A DNA stretch of 64,000 nt, taken from Amoebidium appalachense (Eukaryota > Protista > Ichthyosporea). Shown here piece after piece: positions 55,399 through 64,000 of the stretch (within the stretch, counting starts at the first letter, position 1; the number at the start of each line of letters is the position of its first letter). Below the pieces are notes generated by a model. The model searched no databases. It was not told the DNA's origin and was given only the letters and a program-made list of their open reading frames with translations. The stretch is from contig CAVNZM010000004.1 of NCBI GenBank assembly GCA_963693365.1, positions 5,334,564 through 5,398,563 of the forward strand, read 5' to 3'. The position numbers and the translations under genes are program-made.

Positions 55399-57579
55399 AC
55401 CCCCCCGGAGTTGCATCGTTTTCCTCCCTCCTAGGGTATCGTCTGGTCTTTACTTAGCACTCTTTCTGACCTCGTACACTAGAAATTTCTTGATTTGATA
55501 TGGCCTTCCTCGCTTATTTTCGTTTTTACCTTTCGCAACAATATTAGAGGCCTAAGAGCCCTCTTGGGCATTTGACTAGGTAGGCAAGAGTGCGAGTTGG
55601 AAGCAGGTGCGAAGCTACTAGTGATTTGCTCATGAGAAGGGGAGGAGGGGGAGGGGGGAAAGGATGGGAGGGAGAGGGGGGGGGGGGTGGCCGAGGCATG
55701 TATATGTGCACGTGTGTGTGTGCATGTGTGCATATGTATGTGTTTAGGTGTTCTGTGTACGTGCTGGGGGGGCGGGGGGGGGGGGGGGGGGGGGGGGGGG
55801 ATGGGGGGGTGGGGAGGGGCGCGGGGGGGGGGGGGGGGGAGGGGGGGGGGGGGGGGAAGGGGAAGGACAACATACCGAGTATGGTAAGGTCGTTCCAGAG
55901 CAGGCCGACCCAGTGCATCCGGGTACTGCACGCCTGTAGTGCCGACGCAATAGTCAAAATCCACCGTCAGATATTCCTCAGTGTTGTACGAAGAAGTAGT
56001 GGTAACTTCCTTTGGAATTTCCGGGATTTCCCCCGTTTCCCCGTTTGCGCTATCACTGCCGGGCCCCGGTTTTTCCCCGGGTTTTGGACTTTCCGGTTTC
56101 ATGCAGGTTAGGATTTTTGCTTTTTTCTCCCCCATTTCGGCAATGGACCCACAGAAGACAGTCCCGTTTCGTACTATCCGCTCGTACGGGATAGATATCC
56201 CGTGATATACGGCAGGGTTTGTAAGCGCCTTCACCAAAGCGCCCGAAAATTCAAATTTCGACTTCTTATCCAAAAGCGTGACGTGCACTCTTTTGTCTTT
56301 GTCGAGCTCACGGGCGATGGAGAGGCCGGCGAAACCTCCTCCAATCACAAGCACCCGAATCTTCCCTTGTTTGATTCTTGCCTTCTCGTGGTCCACCTTA
56401 ACCCTCGCACCGTACTTAACCACCTGCAGGTACAGTTTGAACCCGAGCCACGTGTTGTCGTCCATGCTCATGTCCACCTATGAGTTTAATTAAATGTTTA
56501 GTACCTTATTTTAAGTTATGAAAATTAATAAAATCGAATTTGAAGCAGAACTGGGCAAGCCAATGCCCTCGAATTATCGATTCTCCGGTTGTGTGGAAGA
56601 TGGAGGAAGTGGTGTAGAGGTGGTGATGGTGGTGGTGGTTGTTTGTGGGGGGGGGGCAAGGGGGGGGGGGGAGGAGAGGGGGAGGGGGGTGGCGGGGGGG
56701 AGAGGGGGGGGGGGAGAGGGGGAAGAGATAGAAAGTGAGAAAGCGTGGGGAAGGGGGGGGCGGGAGGAGGGAGAGGGGAGGGTTGGAGGGAGGGTGAATG
56801 GGAGGGAGGGTGGGTGGGTGGGTGGGGGGGGGGGGGGGGGGGAGAGAGAGGGGGGAGGGTGTCTCCAGAGGGGTGGGGGGGGGGGGGGGGGGGGGGGGGG
56901 GAGAGTCATCGTGACCGGGGTGACGGGCATACAAGAGAAGATAGAAAAGTGGACGGGGGGTTGCTAAGAAAAATGGTGTCATGGTGGGTGGGTGGGTGGA
57001 TTTCGGATTCGGTACACTGTACTTACAAATTGTGAACGAACAACGTGTTGCAACAAGGCAAGAACGAACAAACGGATAGGTCGGTGGGTGTCGGTTGGGA
57101 GGGGCCCGAGGAGGAGGGTAGGTTACTTTGGGGGGATGGGGGGGGGGGGGGGGGGGGGGGAGGGTTAGGGGAGGGGGAAGGGGAAGGGTGGGGGAGGGGG
57201 GAGGAAAGGGATGGGGGAAGAAGGGAGGAAGGGGAAGGGTGCGGAAGAGGCGAGGGAGGAAGAAGCCGAGGGGGGGGGGGGGGGGGGGGAGAAGAAGGAG
57301 GGGAAGGGAGGTCCAAACCTCCAATCGAGCCTTTTTCAGTAGCGATTGCCACCTTGACAGTGACCCCTTTAGCCAATCAGATGACAGCTTTGCCTGCACG
57401 TTAGTGGACAGGTTGGAACCCTCGTCCACGTTGAGTGGGCAGGTGATGTGTTTGGTCACCAGCACACCTACGGCATGGTCGGCAGCCATGGCAAATCTGG
57501 GTTCATTTTTATTTTATTTTTATTTTTATTTTATTTTATTTTTTTTTTGGGGGGGGGGGTGGTTGTGTGTGTGTGTGTG

Positions 57580-57612
<33 letters not shown>

Positions 57613-57625
57613 GGGGGGAGGGGGC

Positions 57626-57681
<56 letters not shown>

Positions 57682-58732
57682 CGCGTGTATGTGTGTGTGT
57701 GTGTGTGTGTGTCCGCGTACACGGGGAAAGGGAAGGAGAGGGGGGGTGGGGGGAGGTTAGAGTTCGCTACCGTACAACTCCAAGCACAAGTCCAACTCAC
57801 GACGGAAAAAACCATACCAAATTTGCAAAAAGCACACATAAAGTATGTGTCACGGGTAGAATCTATCATTGGTGGTTGTGGTGGTGGTGGTGTGTATGTG
57901 TGAAGAGGGAGAAAGGGGGGGAGGGGGAGGGGGGGGGGGGGGGGGGGGGTTGACTGGAGTTCCGGGAGAAATGGAGCTGGTGGTGGTGGTCGGGTGGTCG
58001 GGGAGGGAGGGGGGGGGGAGGGGGGGGGGATGAATAAAACGTTGCGAGGCAAGCGTTGGCGGGACGGGAAGAGCATGACTGCTGGGGGGGAGGGGGGGGG
58101 AGGGGGGGAGGGGGGTGACCAAGGATTGGGGGAAGGGAAGGTGAAGTTATTTGTGTGTCCGGGGACGGTTGCAAAAAGAAGATGAGAATGAACTCACGTC
58201 TTGGCTACATCTCCCTCTCCCCCCTCCCCCTTTCCTTTCCCCCCCCCCCCCCTCCCCCCGCTCCCTCTCTATTAAACACGAAAAAAGATTAATGAAAAAG
58301 TAAAAAGGCATAAAAAAACAAAAAGAAAAAGGAAAGAAAGAAAGAGGTGTATACAAAATTGTTGTGAAAGAAAAGGGATCGCATGTGGGAAAGAAAAGAG
58401 GGCTGGGAATCACCCAAAAAAAACAAAAAAACAAGCCACCGTCACGGTGGCTTAAGTTCTGGGAACAGAATGGAGTAGTTTTTTTGAGCAGTCTATCCTC
58501 TCTCTGTTTGTCCTCCGTGTGCACCTACACACATACACACACCAAAAAGAAAAGAAAAAAACACACACGTTCACATCAATATACAGGGAGGGATCTAGGG
58601 GGGATAGACACAATATATAGGGAGGATAGACACAATGTGAATGTGTCCAGGTGCGCTCGTGTGTGTGTGCGTGTACTTGCATGTGTGTGCATGGGTGCTT
58701 GCATGTCTCTCTCTCTCTCTCTCTCTCTCTCC

Positions 58733-58794
<62 letters not shown>

Positions 58795-60058
58795 CAAAGA
58801 GAGAGAGGGAGAGAGAGTGTGTGTGTGTGCGTGCCCGCGCACGCGCAGGCGCGTGAGTGAGTGAGTGAGCGAGCTTGAGCTTGGGTGTATGTGTGCGAGT
58901 GTGTGTGTGTGTTTGTGTGTGTATGTGTGTGTGTGTGCGGATGTGAGTACTTACATGCGAGTAAATGAGTGAGTGAGTGAATGAGAGAGCGAGTCATTGT
59001 CTGTGACTGTGGTCTGTGTGTGTGTGAGAAGAGAGTGCAGAATGCAGAGTGCAAAGTGCACATTCGTGACAGACAAAACAATGCACACACTGCCCACACA
59101 CAGTCCACACACAGAGTTCGCATGAGTAAGCGCACGGGGAAAGGGAGAACAATGTATCAAAAAGAAAGGGGGAAGGGGGGAAAGGGAGGAGGAGGGGGGT
59201 GGCCTCGAGCAGGGAACAGACACACACACGCACACACGCCCTCCCCCCCCCCCTCCCCTCCCCACACACACACACCGACTCGCCTACCCACCCACACCCA
59301 TCCCTCCCGCTCCCCACCTCCACCTCCCCCGCCACCAACACCCACCCACCTACCCCCCCTCCCCCCCCCCCCTCCCCCCTTTTCCACCCTCTTCCCACCC
59401 AACCCTCCCCCACCCCACCCCCACCCCTTCCCCCCTACCCATCCCAACCCCCTCCCCCCCCGTCCCCGTCTCCACCCCCTTCCTACCCCCCCCCCCCCCA
59501 CACACACACACACACCTCTCCGCATCCTGGTCCTTAGCCTTCTTTGCCCTTTCCACCGCGCTTTCAGCCGCATCAATATCTCTCAATAATTCCAACCTCC
59601 TTTCATCCACTACCCCACGCATCTGCACTAGGAAAGCGGGCCGGATGACGGGGTCTCTAAGAACGTCGCCGAGCGAAATTTTGTCAATGTCGACGGTCTG
59701 TAGGCGGTACTCGAGGGTCATGTGCACCCGCGAGTTGAATTTTCGTTGGACTCCCCCGGAACCGTCGGAATGTGTTGATATGTTGCTGGTGTTGAGGGAA
59801 CCTGTTTTATGGGGGGGGCAAGGGTGCAGGGGGCAAGGGGGGGGGCGGGCGGGGGGGGGGGATCAGTTTGTGTGTGGATGTGTGGTCAAGAGGGTAGGGG
59901 AAGGGAGTGAGGGAGGGTGGGTGCGTGGGTGCGTGTGTGGGTGGGTGGGGGGAGGGGGGGGGGGGGGATTGGGAAGTAGGAGGGAGGGTGGGTGGGGAGG
60001 GGGGGATTGGCTTTGATGTGTGTTGGGGATGGCATGTGTGCGCACGTGTGTGTGCGCA

Positions 60059-60137
<79 letters not shown>

Positions 60138-60140
60138 CAC

Positions 60141-60201
<61 letters not shown>

Positions 60202-61303
60202 GTGCATATATTTAGGTGTGTTTGTGTGCACGCATGCGTGTTTGTGGAAGAAAGGAAATGGGGGTGGGTTGGAGGGGGGGGGGGGGGGGGGGGGGGGGGA
60301 GGGACCCGAAAAACAAGAGCAGAAAAAGTATGCGGAATATGCAAAGCGGCCTGAGAATAAACCAAAAAAACAGAATGCCACTAGAAATGGAGGGGACTCG
60401 TGGTTTAAAAAAGGGAAGTTGGTCGAGTCGTGAGCAAGTAAACGAGATTCCAAAACGATGAAATCGAGCCCCCGGGGGGGGGGGGGGGGGGGGGGGGGTC
60501 AATCGCCCGAAACGGGCAGTGTGTGATTATGTTGCCGCAGGAGCTACTGAACCGTGGAATCTGCAGAAATTTCCCACACCACATCTGACGTGCACCCCCC
60601 CCAACACACACATATTCCTTCCATTCCTTCACCCCCCAACAGATCGACCCACCCCCTATGCTCCCACTCTCCCTTTCGGCCCAACTTTTGCACATATCCT
60701 TGTTTAAAAATTTTGTTCATATGAATGCGAGTGTTCTTGTGCCATGTAAATATGAGTTACATTTTTTGGGGTGGTGATGGTGACCTTAGGTGGCAGAACA
60801 GTCAAGTAAAGAGCTAATGGGATGGTTTCAACCCTAAAACAAAGGTACGTGCAAAAAAGTTGGAGGAGAATCACCCGACGTAAGAATAAATCCAAAAAAT
60901 CCTGTTTTGTTTACTTACTGAGTGTGGACTCCCGTGCCAGCAGCCGAGCCGACTGGGCCGACACATCCCCATGGGCAGCGCACATTGCATTTACCGTTGC
61001 ATCTACGATTCTCCGCCATGAAAATTGGAATGTAGGACCCCACTGCCCAGGCAAAAGCTCGCATAGAGCCCCCACCAGCGCGTCCCCGGCCGTTTGGATA
61101 TATTTTCGGATTATCCCGAGAGCGGCGTGATGGCGCATCAGTGATTGCAGCATGACGCAATGTTCTTTGGTGATGCCGCGGCGAGACATCGCTACTATTT
61201 GAGATAGGAATGAGGCAAAACATTCCAACCGGGCAGCGTCTCCGTCGACGCCGTATAGAAGCTTTGCCTCAGGAACTACCGCGTAAAGGTACTGGGTGAA
61301 TTT
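53705..61303 (-). CDS. Globin + RGS-like + FSP1/AIFM2 (AMID)-type pyridine nucleotide oxidoreductase fusion protein (>740 aa; 5' end unresolved; one frameshift at ~55085)
   Basis: Exons 61303-60919, 59801-59516, 57496-57319, 56477-55876, 55313-54900 and 54067-53705 join with matching phases (1,2,0,2,0). Globin: KFTQYLYAVVPEAKLLY...LQSLMRHHAALGI..KYIQTAGDALVGALCELLPGQWGPTFQFSWRRIVD. RGS-like: SLGDVLRDPVIRPAFLVQMR...RLELLRDID...LVTKHI..PLNVD...ARLEVDMSMDDNTWLGF. Oxidoreductase: VLVIGGGFAG, ILVIGGGVVGVELACEI, GYVLVDHTLQV, VFACGDCA. Confidence 0.75.
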
Positions 61304-61583
61304 CTGTTGGGGCAATGGATGGCGTTATTATCATGTCTAATATCCCACTCAAAACGTTATAACCCAAAACGTTATAATTTGGCCCCGAGCTTTCATATCG
61401 GTACGGACTTAGCTCGGTTTGCACATGCAACAACACTGAGTTAGTTCCATAATCGGCAACTTTTAAGGTCGATTGTGATGGTCAGATCCCCTGAGAGATT
61501 TCTTGCACCAACTTTGAGTTGGCCTTACAGTCTGATACACGATTGCACAAAAGGAAAGAGGGGAGAGGGGAGGGGGGGGGGGG

Positions 61584-61681
<98 letters not shown>

Positions 61682-62167
61682 AACAGCCGTCGACTGATGT
61701 TACGAGCCCGGCTACTCCTTCCGCACTGCTTCTCTTTGCAACCAACCGTTCCCATTTACCTACCGTAACATCAGCCTCACGCCCCACTTTCACACACCAC
61801 ACAACCGTTCATGATTGCACAACCACGCATAGATACGCACCCGGCGTCATCCGGCACGCCGTGCAATACCACACTTTTTGCGCTTTTTCACACAAACACT
61901 ATTATATCCCATAACACGCTGTCACTGAGATGCACAAATTTGAATTTTTCAACTGCGCGGCGACACATTGTCCATGTCATTCACACACCTGAAACAGCAT
62001 TCCGTGGCTGTGGTCCCTTAACGCCTCCACAGTTTGCGCAACTACCGCTGTATCCTCCTTCACCCATTCATACCACTGCGTTACGTCCGCTTCACTCCCC
62101 CTCCGCACGACACTCAAACTCGATATCCGGCCTCGGGAGACAACCGATAAACCGGAATTACTAACGG

Positions 62168-62438
62168 TTAAGGATAATAATACCCCTGTTGGTATCCTTG
62201 GGGGCAGTGTAGAATCAGAGCGCGAGCGACTTAAAACGTTTTTGACGGTTTCGGTGAGTTTGTTTGTGAGCTTTCGTGTGGGTGTTCGTGCTGAGGTGGA
62301 AGGACCCGGTGGTAGTGAGGCCTGATGTAGAGAAATCGGGCTCTCTTCGCCCTCATCAATAATGTGTGGATGTTTCCTGGCCTGGTGGGCGTTGGCGTCA
62401 AGGGGTGCAGCCCTTGACGCGACATCTGCTGAGCTCAT
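62168..62438 (-). CDS. Probable first coding exon (Ser/Pro/Thr-rich N-terminus), likely of the globin-RGS-oxidoreductase gene; donor position uncertain
   Basis: ATG at 62438 opens non-repetitive MSSADVASRAAPLDANAHQARKHPHIIDEGEESP...; same strand, about 0.9 kb upstream of the globin exon. The linking exon(s) were not resolved. Confidence 0.4.
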
Positions 62439-64000
62439 CTTTGCTCACGAAAATGGTGTGATACTGTATCATATATATGAAACTGTCTATTCTGTCTATT
62501 CAGGCGTCTAAATACCTTCAAGCTCTACGGTACGTCGAACTACCTGTGCATTAAGTTGGTGCTCAGTGGAGACAGCCAGCTCCGTATACAAGGCACTCTC
62601 GACACTCTGTCAGTGATTAGTTCCTGGGCGCCTGTGTCTTGAGGATCCTTCTAAATTCTTAACTTTAAAACGTGTTACGGAATCCGCCGCAGGAAGGCTG
62701 TGCCTTCAAAAACTCCGAGAAAGAGAAAGACTAAGTCAGGCTGTAAGGCGCCGCTGAGCTCACAATGAATGTTCACTGGAAACTTAATTGAGTCTAACTT
62801 CTGGACTAGGTCTACTAGATCTCTTAACAGCTATAGGGTTACGGTTTCAGCGGGGCAAAGGGTATTTATGAAAGTGTATTGCTCAAAATAATAAACCTCT
62901 TGCTTCACCTTCACCTATCAGTAATTATATTATGCACATATACATGGTTCGCACCTTTGAGTTTCAACATACGTTACGCTGAGTTGAAGTACGTTTTGTA
63001 ACTAAGCAATCATTCTAGACTAGCAAACGGACACTCAACCTGTCAAGTACTTAAGTGGACATCATCCCATTCTACAACAACACATGCTCTGACTGCTTTA
63101 TGGTTCCTATAGCTACCTACACCTATCATTGCTATAAAACAGGGCTTACAAGTTCAACTTTGTTCATGAGCAATGAGCAAAGCCAGTAACTGCTGAGTCG
63201 TACCCAACAGGTGGGCTTGCCAATATACCTCGGAACCACCCTAAACTCACTGCGGGTATTCGGCGAGTCTATAAAGTTTTTTTTTTCTTTTGTAAAGTTG
63301 CAGAGATGCTCAAAACAGGTAAAAACTCTAATTTGAGGGCATATAGGGGTTGAAAATTCTCATTCCCGCTCTTATTTCCTCTTTTTTGGATGTTAAAGTG
63401 GATTATATACACTTTGCTTCGAGCTGGCATGTATGAAGTTTAATACTAAAAAAGAATTTCAAAACTTTCAAGTCTTTCCGAACTGGCAAGTCTGGCAGAT
63501 TATGTTCTAAAAATCACTTTATCAGCACCGTTTTTTGTTTTTTATCTTTTATTTTCCCATCACATGGCGATTGAAATATAAAAAAACCGTTTTACCGTGA
63601 ACATGATTCACCAAACAAAGCCGGCGCCATTTTCCTCTCTTTTATCAGCATATCAATAAAGTCATTATATATATATATATATATATATCGCTTTCTGTGT
63701 AAATCTTTTTCTTTTGACTTATGGCCTATGCTGAAGTCTAAGAGGTCGTTTTTATAAACTTTTTAAACACGTAGGAATGAGCTGTGCTGCATAAACCAAT
63801 AGGATGTAAGCATTCTTTGCGATCCACATTCCAGAAATAAACCGATCTCGAATCGACAGACACCGCTTCGCGCGCGCGGTGTTATGTATACGCAACTCGC
63901 AAAACCGTGGATATTCTGTTCACACATGAACAGAATTTCAACTTTTATTAACACATGGTAAGAAGTTTAAAAATATACCTAGTTTTATGTCCACGCAATA

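Noticed and set aside
63230-63700. Possible non-autonomous DNA transposon in the AT-rich right end
   Set aside because: No terminal inverted repeats or target-site duplication could be defined within the window.

Overview
Eukaryotic genomic DNA, probably a unicellular opisthokont/holozoan-type protist (inference). Short GT-AG exons sit in introns packed with poly-G/poly-C, (CA/GT)n and (GA/CT)n tracts, so nearly all ORFs in the supplied track are microsatellite artefacts. Manual splicing recovers, in order: the 5' part of a phospholipase C-like PH-domain gene (-), an ATP23 metalloprotease (+), a METTL21D/VCPKMT-like methyltransferase (-), a small 117-aa orphan gene (-), two tandem secreted class-3 lipase paralogs (+), and a multi-exon gene fusing a globin, an RGS-like domain and an FSP1/AIFM2-type NAD(P)H oxidoreductase (-). 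Intron 6 of the methyltransferase carries an intact Chlamys-type Penelope-like retroelement (N-terminal GIY-YIG, CxC linker, RT) with identical 284-bp pseudo-LTRs, inserted in a G/C homopolymer. An APE-RT non-LTR retrotransposon lies between the lipases. The strongest novelty candidates are the globin-RGS-oxidoreductase fusion and a pseudoknotted, sense-strand-specific RNA structure in the pseudo-LTR. All domain calls are from motif recognition by eye; no searches were run.
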